Below are positions 8,399 through 17,371 of a stretch of 64,000 bases of DNA, one piece after another. A model generated the notes under the pieces. The model was not told where the DNA came from. It saw only the letters and a program-made list of their open reading frames with translations, and searched no databases. The DNA lies in contig CAZUFC010000004.1 in the NCBI GenBank assembly GCA_964619725.1, positions 1 through 64,000 of the forward strand. Direction: 5' to 3'. The translations under genes and the position numbers were made by a program. Every line of letters begins with the position of its first letter. The first letter of the stretch is position 1. The stretch is from an uncultured bacterium. GTDB taxonomy: Bacteria > CSSED10-310 > CAZUFC01.

Positions 8399-10099
8399 TC
8401 AGGGAAGACTTGATATCGAACTGCCCATTAGAAAACTCGAATCGTAGTTGATGATCAGTTTGTCAGGATCATTCTGTTGACCCAACGGTTTTCCATGGTA
8501 TATGTAAACGCATCCCAATCCGTTCATCATGCGGAACTTGGGTGCGGACACCGCAAAATCATCCCGTCCGTCGTTGTTTATATCGCCTAATGATGTGATG
8601 CTGGTTCCAAAGGCGAAGTTAGGCCCGCCCATGCCAATGGTGGGACCGAGGCCTCTCGCCGGCAGCAATACTCTGGTGTTCGTCTCTTTGCCCCGATAAA
8701 GAACCGCTCTTCCGACTTCACTTTCAAATGTGGTATAGGTATTAGCGCCGACCAACGCTTCCGTATATCCATCCTCATTCAGGTCGCTGACGAATTGTAC
8801 ATCATTGCCGAATCTTGACGGTTCGTCATACGGACTGTAGATGATATGATCGTAATCCTGATTAAGAGTTTCTCCGCCGTTCCAGATGTAGGCTCTGCCT
8901 ATGCTGCCGTTATGAGTAGGGGCGCCTACCAGTATATCCGCATACCCGTCGTTGTTGAAGTCGCCTTCACACGTAACCGAATCCCCGGTTCCCGATCCGG
9001 CATCGCCGTAGAGCACGTAATTCGGTTCAAAGTCCAGCTCAGGTCCGCCGAAATATACGTTTACGGTTCCTTCATAATCGTCTCCGTCACTGGGCGCTCC
9101 TATGACGAAATCAGGATATGCATCTCCATTGATGTCCCATCCGCCGGAAACGCTGATGCCGAACTGACTCTTATCCGTTCCGACAAAGAAAAGGTCCGGC
9201 TCCAAACTGGGAACTCGACCTCCGTAAAACAGGAACGCTGCTCCCTTGCGTTTGGCAGACAAAGGGGCCCCGACGATAAAATCATCAAAACCGTCGTCGT
9301 TAACATCTCCGACGCCGCTGACTGAGTAACCGAAATGCTCTCCGACATCACTGCCCGTGTAAATGATATCTGCAGTAGAATCCATGCTTGGACCGCCGTA
9401 ATACAGATACAATCTTCCAGGACCCGTCATGTCTGCGCATATCGCCACATCAGTATAACCGTCTCCGTTGACGTCGCCGATCATTTTCGCGGTCCGGCCG
9501 AATCTTCCGCCTAAAGCATCCGGCGGCGTATGGATTATTAAGTTAGGCAGCAGATAGGATTCAAAAGGTCCGAAAAACAGCTTTACCTGTCCGTCCAGCG
9601 TGTTTTCTGAGATGCAACCGATGACCAAGTCGGTAACATCGTCCCCGTTTATATCGCCGTGTATCCTGCCGACTTCTATCCTTCTGGGCATTGAAAACAG
9701 CCAACCGTGCACCGCATGATAACGCCCCACTCGCCAGTAAAAAACGCCGTTGCGAGGCAATATCATAATTTGATGCGAATTCTCCACCATCATATCCGTT
9801 ATAATGGTGCCGGGTTGAAAATCGGGCATGTCGGCTATCTGCAACCAGTATACTATCTTCTTGCCCGTGTGAGCTTCTAAATCCTCCCAGTCAAACCTGA
9901 TTAACGTCGACGTCATGCTTACGTTGTTCATCGGTCTGATCAATGAAGGTACAAAATGAACAGCCGAATTCAACGGCTCATCCAGGCTGATCGGTTCTTC
10001 GACGTTATACAGGTCCCCGGCGCTTGCCGGCAATCCGTATATCAGAACGATCGCCATCGAAACCAATACTGCTTTTAAATATTTCTTCCTTGAATTCAT
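8399..10099 (-). CDS. Secreted FG-GAP repeat (integrin-alpha beta-propeller-like) protein
   Basis: Signal peptide ending ASA; seven D-[IVFL]-N-x-D Ca-loop repeats with FG...GAP motifs; N-terminal FN3-like segment; AAGGAGG RBS. Confidence 0.9.
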   Translation of the reverse strand: MNSRKKYLKAVLVSMAIVLIYGLPASAGDLYNVEEPISLDEPLNSAVHFVPSLIRPMNNVSMTSTLIRFDWEDLEAHTGKKIVYWLQIADMPDFQPGTIITDMMVENSHQIMILPRNGVFYWRVGRYHAVHGWLFSMPRRIEVGRIHGDINGDDVTDLVIGCISENTLDGQVKLFFGPFESYLLPNLIIHTPPDALGGRFGRTAKMIGDVNGDGYTDVAICADMTGPGRLYLYYGGPSMDSTADIIYTGSDVGEHFGYSVSGVGDVNDDGFDDFIVGAPLSAKRKGAAFLFYGGRVPSLEPDLFFVGTDKSQFGISVSGGWDINGDAYPDFVIGAPSDGDDYEGTVNVYFGGPELDFEPNYVLYGDAGSGTGDSVTCEGDFNNDGYADILVGAPTHNGSIGRAYIWNGGETLNQDYDHIIYSPYDEPSRFGNDVQFVSDLNEDGYTEALVGANTYTTFESEVGRAVLYRGKETNTRVLLPARGLGPTIGMGGPNFAFGTSITSLGDINNDGRDDFAVSAPKFRMMNGLGCVYIYHGKPLGQQNDPDKLIINYDSSFLMGSSISSLP

Positions 10100-10537
10100 T
10101 GCTTAGCTACCTCCTTAAGTGAGCTGATGCTTTTCTTCTGAATCTTGCTGAAAATTCCGTCAACCAAACCCTTTTTTATCTTAACCCTCTTTCACCCCCT
10201 TTGAGACAACCCAGATTAGGAAAACCCTTTGCCTCAACCACGGCTTCTAATAAAGCAAGCCCCTTACCAAAATCAGCTAATATCGAAAAAAATTTTTCTT
10301 TTCGCTTAAAATCATTAATGCTCAATGAAATACGCAGGCGTTGCATCGCCCCATTCACTGCCTCTATGGACCGACTGATGACTTATACAAGTCGAATTTC
10401 TCGACAAGTCCTTTGCCGCGTGTTCAGAAATACGACTCACGCGAATATTTAAGGATCGAATTATTCCTATTTTTCCTTGATAATCAAGCGAGTTGCTGAT
10501 ATAAGACTTCGGTATTCGTTTCAAAAGGGAGTATCGA

Positions 10538-11812
10538 ATGCAGAGGTCAAATCCTGAGGAATTGCTCAAAATCTTTTCAAAGATAAGTCAAACTCTTAAT
10601 TCTTCCCTGAATCCTCAAGAAGTGTTGAGCAACGCGATGGAATCCGTCATCGAACTCGTTAAGGCCGAACGAGGTCTAATCATGCTTGTGGATAATGGGA
10701 AATTATCTTTTCCCGTCGCCAGAAATTTGGATGAAGAGGGGATCAACAAAGGCGTGGAATTCAGTAAAAATATGGTCAAGAAGGTCATTGAGGAGGGCCG
10801 GCCCATATTAACCATGGATGCGAAAATGGATGAGCGTTTTTCACATGAATCCAGCGTGATCGCATATGGGTTGCGCTCAGTGCTTTTAGTCCCTTTGAAA
10901 ATAAAGGATCGCACCATAGGAGCTATCTATGTCGACAACAGGGCTAAAACAGGCTGTTTTGACGAGCAGGATAAAGAACTTCTGACAATGTTCGCCAATC
11001 AAGCTGCAGTTGCGATTGAAAATGCAAGACTATACGACTCGCTTAAAAAAAGTATAGACGCCCGTTTTAAACTGCAGAAAAAAATCCATCAGGAGGAAAC
11101 TCAAAGGATTATCCTCGAAGAAACAAACAAGGTAAAAGAAGAGCTGGTTCATTATATCTTCCATGATTTAAAAAATTTACTCACTATCGTTATTAACTCA
11201 TTGAAAATTTTTCAAAAACAGATCAATGAAGAACTGGAAAATTCCGCGGCCAAACTTCTTGATACCGCTATGAAAACCTCTGATTCTTCTTTGGAGATGA
11301 CCAATAAAATTCTTGATGTATATAAATTTGAAAGCGGAAGCATGCCGCTCGAAATAGATGTTTTTATAGTGAATCCCGTAATTGAAACTCTGCTTGAAAA
11401 TTCCAATATCCTGGTTTCCGAAAACGTGAAATTAAAATTTTCTTCTGAAAACGACGAAAATTACAGGGTTAAAGCAGATAAGAGCCTCGTAAAAAGAATT
11501 TTGCATAATTTGCTTAGCAACGCTTGCCGGTTCACCCGAGAGGGCTTTATTGAAGTTAAATTGTCGAAAAACGACGAAAAGTCGGTCAAAGTTGAAGTGA
11601 TTGACACCGGACCGGGAATACCCGACAAGTATCATGAAGTCATTTTCGATAAATTTAAACAGGTTGAGACCAAAAGGGAAGGAACTTCTTACAACACCGG
11701 ACTTGGGTTGACCTTTTGCAAGCTCGCTGTGGAAAGCCAGAACGGACGGATAGGTTTAGAAAGTCAGGTCGGTCAGGGCAGTAATTTTTTCTTTACCCTT
11801 CCATCTGCCTGA
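10538..11812 (+). CDS. GAF-domain sensor histidine kinase (cytoplasmic)
   Basis: GAF (LRSVLLVPL..IGAIYVDN...F...D..LL..FANQAAVAIENA), H-box HDLKN, N-box NLLSNA, G1 DTGPGI, G2 GLGLTFC. Confidence 0.92.
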   Translation: MQRSNPEELLKIFSKISQTLNSSLNPQEVLSNAMESVIELVKAERGLIMLVDNGKLSFPVARNLDEEGINKGVEFSKNMVKKVIEEGRPILTMDAKMDERFSHESSVIAYGLRSVLLVPLKIKDRTIGAIYVDNRAKTGCFDEQDKELLTMFANQAAVAIENARLYDSLKKSIDARFKLQKKIHQEETQRIILEETNKVKEELVHYIFHDLKNLLTIVINSLKIFQKQINEELENSAAKLLDTAMKTSDSSLEMTNKILDVYKFESGSMPLEIDVFIVNPVIETLLENSNILVSENVKLKFSSENDENYRVKADKSLVKRILHNLLSNACRFTREGFIEVKLSKNDEKSVKVEVIDTGPGIPDKYHEVIFDKFKQVETKREGTSYNTGLGLTFCKLAVESQNGRIGLESQVGQGSNFFFTLPSA

Positions 11813-12851
11813 AATCGTCTTCGTCTGAAACAGCTTCCTGCTCCTGAATCGCTGACCGATCATCATTCGATTCTTCCGAGTCTGATTCGATATTCGAAGC
11901 AACCTCTATTTCAGTCTCTTTTTCTTTATTTGCTTCTTTCTCGGAAGAAATTCCATTAGGGAAATTCGATTGATCGGGAGTTTCCAGATCATGTATGGAT
12001 TCCAGCAATTCGCCTTTTATTCTGCCGAATATAGCGACTTTTTTGGGCAGAAAACGTCCCAGAATGCCCGAAAGCACATAAAGAAAAGCAATTAAAAAAA
12101 ACATTAATTTCGGTTCATGCATCACCACTATAAAAAACAGGCCGAGAAAAAAAATGGTTCGGACCGGTCGAAGCTCCTTGACGTCAATTTCCTTAAAACT
12201 TCTGAATTTTATAGTGCTGACCATTAGAAAACTCAGCAAATACAATAATCCGATCACGAAATAGGAAAAAAAACTTTTGTATTCCAGATCAGGCTTCAGC
12301 AAAACAAGCGATACGATCGTCATCGCAGCGGCCGGAATGGGCAAGCCTATGAAATATTTTTTATCCGTTTTCACCGACTGAAGGTTGAATCTCGCCAATC
12401 TTACTACGCCGCAAATCAGGAAAAGAAAAGCGGGCAGCCAACCGAAGCGTTTATGTGGCCCCAACGCCCAACTGTAGGCCAGCAGTCCCGGGGCAAGGCC
12501 AAAAGATAATGCGTCCGCCAGAGAATCAAGCTGAAGTCCGAATTCGCTTGTCGTATGCGTCAGTTTAGCTACTTTTCCGTCTATCATATCAAAAAAGGCG
12601 GCTATCAGCAGAAATAATCCGGCTTCCGTCAAAATCTTAGGGTCCGTTGGAAATCCTTTGCTGTGCTGAAACAGAATTATTATGGCGTAAAAACCGAAAA
12701 ATATGTTTAGAAACGTTAACAAGCTAGGTAATATGAAAATTCCTCGCCTTATCTTCCGTTTACGCTTCGCTTTTGAAATTCTGCGGGCAGGATGCTCTCG
12801 AAATTTAGAAGAAATTTTGCTCTTTCCCATCGATATTCCAAGCTTCTTCAA
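11793..12851 (-). CDS. pssA: CDP-diacylglycerol--serine O-phosphatidyltransferase with acidic C-terminal extension
   Basis: LPSLLT, DMIDGKVAKLT..TSEFGLQLDSLADALSFG CDP-alcohol phosphotransferase motif, RLARFN, FIGLPIPAAA. Confidence 0.92.
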   Translation of the reverse strand: MKKLGISMGKSKISSKFREHPARRISKAKRKRKIRRGIFILPSLLTFLNIFFGFYAIIILFQHSKGFPTDPKILTEAGLFLLIAAFFDMIDGKVAKLTHTTSEFGLQLDSLADALSFGLAPGLLAYSWALGPHKRFGWLPAFLFLICGVVRLARFNLQSVKTDKKYFIGLPIPAAAMTIVSLVLLKPDLEYKSFFSYFVIGLLYLLSFLMVSTIKFRSFKEIDVKELRPVRTIFFLGLFFIVVMHEPKLMFFLIAFLYVLSGILGRFLPKKVAIFGRIKGELLESIHDLETPDQSNFPNGISSEKEANKEKETEIEVASNIESDSEESNDDRSAIQEQEAVSDEDDFRQMEG

Positions 12852-13084
12852 AAAGCATTCGCTTTTTCCTTCTGTATCCTTTTCCGGATAAGCTCCATCG
12901 TGTCCTTCATATGAAGCTTCATCTTCTTAAGCTGAACTACTCGCTGCTGTTCAAGAGGAGTTAAAATTCCCCTCTGAACCAACTGCTCCAATTCTGCATC
13001 ATAGCGCTTGTGAGATTCCAGAGCTTTTCTGAATTCTTCACTCCGTTCAGCCAATTCTTGTCTCTCATTTTTGTCATTACTCAA
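12848..13084 (-). CDS. DUF465/YdcH family small coiled-coil protein
   Basis: EFRKALESHKRYDAEL...LKKMKLHMKD pattern; TTG at 13084 follows GGAGGT RBS (track start 13120); 4-nt overlap with pssA. Confidence 0.75.
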   Translation of the reverse strand: MSNDKNERQELAERSEEFRKALESHKRYDAELEQLVQRGILTPLEQQRVVQLKKMKLHMKDTMELIRKRIQKEKANAF

Positions 13085-13234
13085 AATATCCACCTCCGAA
13101 TCTGAATTTCCTGCCGTCAACAGAATGAGTTTATTCGACGTGAATAGTCAATAAGCATTATAAAGAGGAAAAAAGAAATTGTGAAGTCTTTAGAGAAAGA
13201 AATTTGAATTTTCAGGGTGGCATGAAGTTCAACC

Positions 13235-13262
13235 TTGACAAATGCAGTCAAATTCCTATATT
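13235..13262 (+). promoter_or_regulatory. Sigma70-type promoter candidate
   Basis: TTGACA-16 nt-TATATT upstream of ATG 13321. Confidence 0.55.
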
Positions 13263-13320
13263 GAAAATTGGGAAAACCTTCGCGGCAGGGAACGGAAACT
13301 GTCTCACAAAAAGTAGGATT

Positions 13321-14355
13321 ATGAAAAAGCATAAAATCGACATAATTAAGTTACTGACGTGTTTGACGATCATCGGAACGGTAACCGGTTGCGCCGGTGT
13401 TTTCAGCAAAAGAACATTGAAAGATTATTCTCAGCTTGGGCAGGTCAACGCCATAGTAAAGGCCCCTGAAGAAGAAAATTATTATTTTCTTGGAACGACG
13501 GAAGGCATATTCCTGTTGAAATATAACGGTGATGATATGAAGATTTCTTCAGTCGCTTTGAGAAATTTTGAAGTCAACAGTTTGCTGGTTGTCGAATCAA
13601 ACGGGGAAAGCTATTTATACGCGGGAACTTTTTGTTGCGGATTAGTCCGATTCAATTTAAACAAACGAAGGCTTGGCCGGGGTTTTCAGATTGAAGAGAC
13701 GTATGATAAATGTATACATTCGATACGGATGAGAGAGGGAACGGAGAGGGAAATCTGGGTTTCAGCCATTGATGGAATTTATGTGGGAAAGGCAGGAAGT
13801 TTAAAATTTGAGAAAATTCCAACTTTGCCTGAAGATTTTAAACCCTATATTATTTTTATGGACAACTACGATCCTGAAGTCATACGATTAACAAGTCTGG
13901 AGGATTATTACCTGATCTCTGCGGACGGGGGAAAGAGTTGGGAATTGGACCCGACCAGCGAGCCTTCTTATTTTTTGCATTCCTGGCATGTAAAGAAGGA
14001 GACGGAATCCGTATCATCGCGAAAGAACCAGGAACAGGTAATATGCTGGAGGGCATTCAATGTTCTGCTGAATGAAAGAATCAACGACATGATCGTAATG
14101 CCCGATGATCCCCGCTATATTATTCTCGGAACTCTTGGAGACGGTCTTGTATATGTGAGCAGGATCAGAAAGACCTGGACGGTTCACAGGCAAAAGTTTC
14201 GACAGGTCAAAGGTATGGCGGTGTTTTCGATTTATATGAATCCGACCGATCAGAACGAACTGCTGGTCGGTTCAAAAAATGAAATTTTTCACACAGTAGA
14301 CGGCGGTGAAACGTGGAAAACCGTGTTTAATCAATTGGAGTTGAGAAAATCATGA
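13321..14355 (+). CDS. Lipoprotein with BNR/YCF48-like beta-propeller repeats
   Basis: MKKHK... signal with lipobox VTGC; SADGGKSW and TVDGGETW Asp-box motifs; start moved from track TTG 13204 to ATG 13321. Confidence 0.75.
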   Translation: MKKHKIDIIKLLTCLTIIGTVTGCAGVFSKRTLKDYSQLGQVNAIVKAPEEENYYFLGTTEGIFLLKYNGDDMKISSVALRNFEVNSLLVVESNGESYLYAGTFCCGLVRFNLNKRRLGRGFQIEETYDKCIHSIRMREGTEREIWVSAIDGIYVGKAGSLKFEKIPTLPEDFKPYIIFMDNYDPEVIRLTSLEDYYLISADGGKSWELDPTSEPSYFLHSWHVKKETESVSSRKNQEQVICWRAFNVLLNERINDMIVMPDDPRYIILGTLGDGLVYVSRIRKTWTVHRQKFRQVKGMAVFSIYMNPTDQNELLVGSKNEIFHTVDGGETWKTVFNQLELRKS

Positions 14356-15284
14356 GACATCTTATAAATCTTTTTTTGTTTGTTGCTGTTGGAATGTTGG
14401 GTTATGAAATATATCTCAACTTTCAACCTGTGCCGATGCCTGAAGTGTTGGCCGGCAAAACTAATTTGCCCTTATCCTACCGAGATACTCAAGATTTGTC
14501 GCGTAAGACGATAAATTATGAGGATTTTGGAGTCATACCGGAAAAGAATTTATTTCATCCGGACCGTAAATTCGTTGAAGAGGAAGAAGTTGAACCTGAA
14601 CCGGAACCGCCTGAAGAAGAAAAGAAAACTGTACCGCCTCCTAATTTCACTCTTACAGGTGTAATTATATTAGGTGAAGACAGACGCTTCGCTTACATAA
14701 GGAATCCCGAAGATGAGAGACAGGATGCGGAAAAGTACCGAACGGGAGATCAGATCGCGGATTTCACGGTTGCGCAGATACTGCCGGACAGAGTGTATCT
14801 CAACAGGGGAGAGGAGCAATCCGTAGTACGCCTTTATGATGCTGAAAAGAGCAAGAAAAAATCACGGAGATCGGCTAGAAGAAGAGCGGGAAGAAGGACC
14901 AACAGACTCGGAGAAAGAAATGACAGGCGAAGGCGCCCGGCGGCACGGAATATTCCCAACAGAAGAACGAACCTGGATCGCAGAAAAGCAGACTTAAACA
15001 GGGCACGGCAAAAAGCCAGAGAAGAAGCGGAAAGAAAAGCGGCTGCCTATGAAGAACCGGATACCTCGTCCAAAAGGGGAAATGCTGATGATAGCGGCGC
15101 CACTGATTCCAGATCATCGCGCAGCAATTGGCGAGGAGCTGACAATTCTAATGATAATCGCCGGAACAATGCCAAAGATTGGAACTTTATCAGCGGTTCT
15201 CGTTTCAATAACCGCAGTCCTTCAGGACAGCAACCTGCGGCGCGATCCCCGTCTCGACATCGCTGCGGCAATAGAAGACGCTGA
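14352..15284 (+). CDS. GspC/PilP-like type II secretion component with long Arg/Ser/Asn-rich disordered tail
   Basis: Single N-terminal TM, NLFHPDR, Pro/Glu linker, FTLTGVII...AYI...Y.TGDQIADFTVAQILPDRVYL HR-domain pattern. Confidence 0.65.
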   Translation: MRHLINLFLFVAVGMLGYEIYLNFQPVPMPEVLAGKTNLPLSYRDTQDLSRKTINYEDFGVIPEKNLFHPDRKFVEEEEVEPEPEPPEEEKKTVPPPNFTLTGVIILGEDRRFAYIRNPEDERQDAEKYRTGDQIADFTVAQILPDRVYLNRGEEQSVVRLYDAEKSKKKSRRSARRRAGRRTNRLGERNDRRRRPAARNIPNRRTNLDRRKADLNRARQKAREEAERKAAAYEEPDTSSKRGNADDSGATDSRSSRSNWRGADNSNDNRRNNAKDWNFISGSRFNNRSPSGQQPAARSPSRHRCGNRRR

Positions 15285-15351
15285 TTAACGTCAGGCATTT
15301 TAAACTACGGCTTTAAGTTAAGACAACAATTCCAAACGAATAAACAGATAT

Positions 15352-17361
15352 GTGAATATACGAGATTTTACCGTTCCTGAAACAAAGCAAACAGAATCCC
15401 GCGCTTTTTTGAGATGGTTTTTGCCGTCTCTTTTTTTTGTTTCCGCTTTTTTTTATCTTTCATATTGTCAATACGGACTCAACCTTTGGGACGAAGGTTT
15501 AGTTTTTTCGGGAGTTCAGCGATTGAATAGGGGAGAGGTAATCTATCAGGACTTCATGGGTTATCCTCCGTTAAGATACTACATCTATTGGTTTTTTATG
15601 TATTGCGGGGATTTCAACGTTCAGAGCGTGCGTATCGGAATAGCCGTTCTTACGGCCCTTTTTCCCGTGCTCGCTTACTGGATTTCCCTGCAAATGATGC
15701 CTCCTCTGCTCTCTTTATTGCCGGCTCTTGCTGTTCTTGTCGCCCCCTCCTGCTACTATTCCCGCTGGCTGACCCTGAATTTGCTCTGTATTACAGCCGC
15801 GTTAATTTACTACATCAACAGGAAGAGTAAACCGGCTCTTCTTGTCCTGAGTTTAACGACGTCTCTGTCTCTGCTGCTGAGATATACGCCGGGAGCGTTT
15901 GCCCTTTTTTTGTCCGTTGTATTGATTATTTTTATAAATTTGCGCAAAAATCGGGAAAAAAAGCTGAAAGCGCTCCTGAGTTCCTTAAGTTTTTTCTTAT
16001 TAATAACGCTCCTGATCGGGATAGGCGGAAATCTCTTAATGCTTTCCCAGGTTGAGTGGGACTTTGTCGGAGGTTACATCAGCAAGGTTTTGTTTCATAC
16101 GCGTAGCGTATGGTCTAATCCTTTTCCTCCATTCTGGGTTTCCTTAAGAGAAATTTTCAACGATCCTTTATACTTCAATGAAGCTCTCTGGTTCAAAATA
16201 CCCTTCGTTGTTTTGGGCCTGGCGGGAATTTGGCTTTGCAGGAATTTCATGAGGAAGAATTTTTCCGATGAAGTCATCAAAACAGCCGTCCTTTTAACGG
16301 TTTCATGTTTCGGCCTGGGAATAATTTATTACAGGGCAGGATACGGCAATCTTATCAGAGTATTACCCCTCATTATGATTCTTTACGCCTTTATTATCCA
16401 TAAGATCAAAGAAATGAAAAACAAGGCCGGCCGGTTCAGGAAAGCTGCCCTGTTGATTGCCGCTTTGCCTTATGTTTATTTTATGGTCATTACCTGCCTT
16501 TATGATGATGAAACAGTCGGTTCTCCAGGAGAAATTCGATATAGACACAGACAGTTGAATCTCGATAAGGCGAAAGTTATGGCTCCGGAATCAATCGCCT
16601 GGCTCGTAGAAGATTTGGTTTATTATATTAATGAAAATACGGAGGAGGACGATGAAATATTTGCTGTTCCCATGTTTCCTTTTCTTTATTTTTTGACGGG
16701 AAGAACCAATCCGTCCACTTTTGAATGGATTTTGCCGAAACACCCTGATGAGAAAACGATAAAAAATGTCGTGCTGGAGGAACTTCAACGAAATCCCCCT
16801 CAGTTGATCATATACAGCGAAATAGCTATTGACGGAAGAGAGGATCGGCGATTAAGAAATTATGCAAAGAATCTCCATCGGTTTATATATGAAAATTACG
16901 TCTTTAAGTATGCATTTGAAGAATACTGGGTTTTGGAATTGAAGGAGCGATCTTATGCCGACCTCTGCACAGAGTGTTTCGTTGGAATGAATTGCGAGCA
17001 GCAGGGAATAGGGGGATTCAGATTCCTTTATAGAGATCAGGAAATCCACAGATGTTTTTACTCTGTAGGTTCAGGAAAGTGGACTTTTCCCTTGCAGAAT
17101 TCCCGGGAGGGTCTTTTCAGCGTTTCCGCCGTGCTGGCGGAGGATAAAAGTTCCCATCTGTTCATCAGGTATACGGGAGAAAGCGGCCAATCATCGGTGT
17201 TAAAGGACTTTGAAGTTTCCACGTTGGACCAGTGGTATAATGATTCAGATTCAAAAATTTACATGAGAATTCCTTCCGGAAAGGGCAGTCTGGAATTGGC
17301 TCTGGAAACCAAGGAAAATATAGTATACTGGATTGAGCCTGTGATCGAAAACGTGAAGTGA
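15352..17361 (+). CDS. GT-C fold membrane glycosyltransferase (ArnT/PMT-like) with C-terminal extracytoplasmic domain
   Basis: NLWDEG acidic pair in first loop, GEVIYQDF..YPP, about 11 TMs, LYFLTGRTNP. Confidence 0.7.
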   Translation: MNIRDFTVPETKQTESRAFLRWFLPSLFFVSAFFYLSYCQYGLNLWDEGLVFSGVQRLNRGEVIYQDFMGYPPLRYYIYWFFMYCGDFNVQSVRIGIAVLTALFPVLAYWISLQMMPPLLSLLPALAVLVAPSCYYSRWLTLNLLCITAALIYYINRKSKPALLVLSLTTSLSLLLRYTPGAFALFLSVVLIIFINLRKNREKKLKALLSSLSFFLLITLLIGIGGNLLMLSQVEWDFVGGYISKVLFHTRSVWSNPFPPFWVSLREIFNDPLYFNEALWFKIPFVVLGLAGIWLCRNFMRKNFSDEVIKTAVLLTVSCFGLGIIYYRAGYGNLIRVLPLIMILYAFIIHKIKEMKNKAGRFRKAALLIAALPYVYFMVITCLYDDETVGSPGEIRYRHRQLNLDKAKVMAPESIAWLVEDLVYYINENTEEDDEIFAVPMFPFLYFLTGRTNPSTFEWILPKHPDEKTIKNVVLEELQRNPPQLIIYSEIAIDGREDRRLRNYAKNLHRFIYENYVFKYAFEEYWVLELKERSYADLCTECFVGMNCEQQGIGGFRFLYRDQEIHRCFYSVGSGKWTFPLQNSREGLFSVSAVLAEDKSSHLFIRYTGESGQSSVLKDFEVSTLDQWYNDSDSKIYMRIPSGKGSLELALETKENIVYWIEPVIENVK

Positions 17362-17371
17362 CGAAGAACCG

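Noticed and set aside
14352-15300. Selenocysteine read-through at the TGA after RCGNRRR
   Set aside because: Low-complexity context, no recognisable SECIS hairpin and no redox motif involving the TGA
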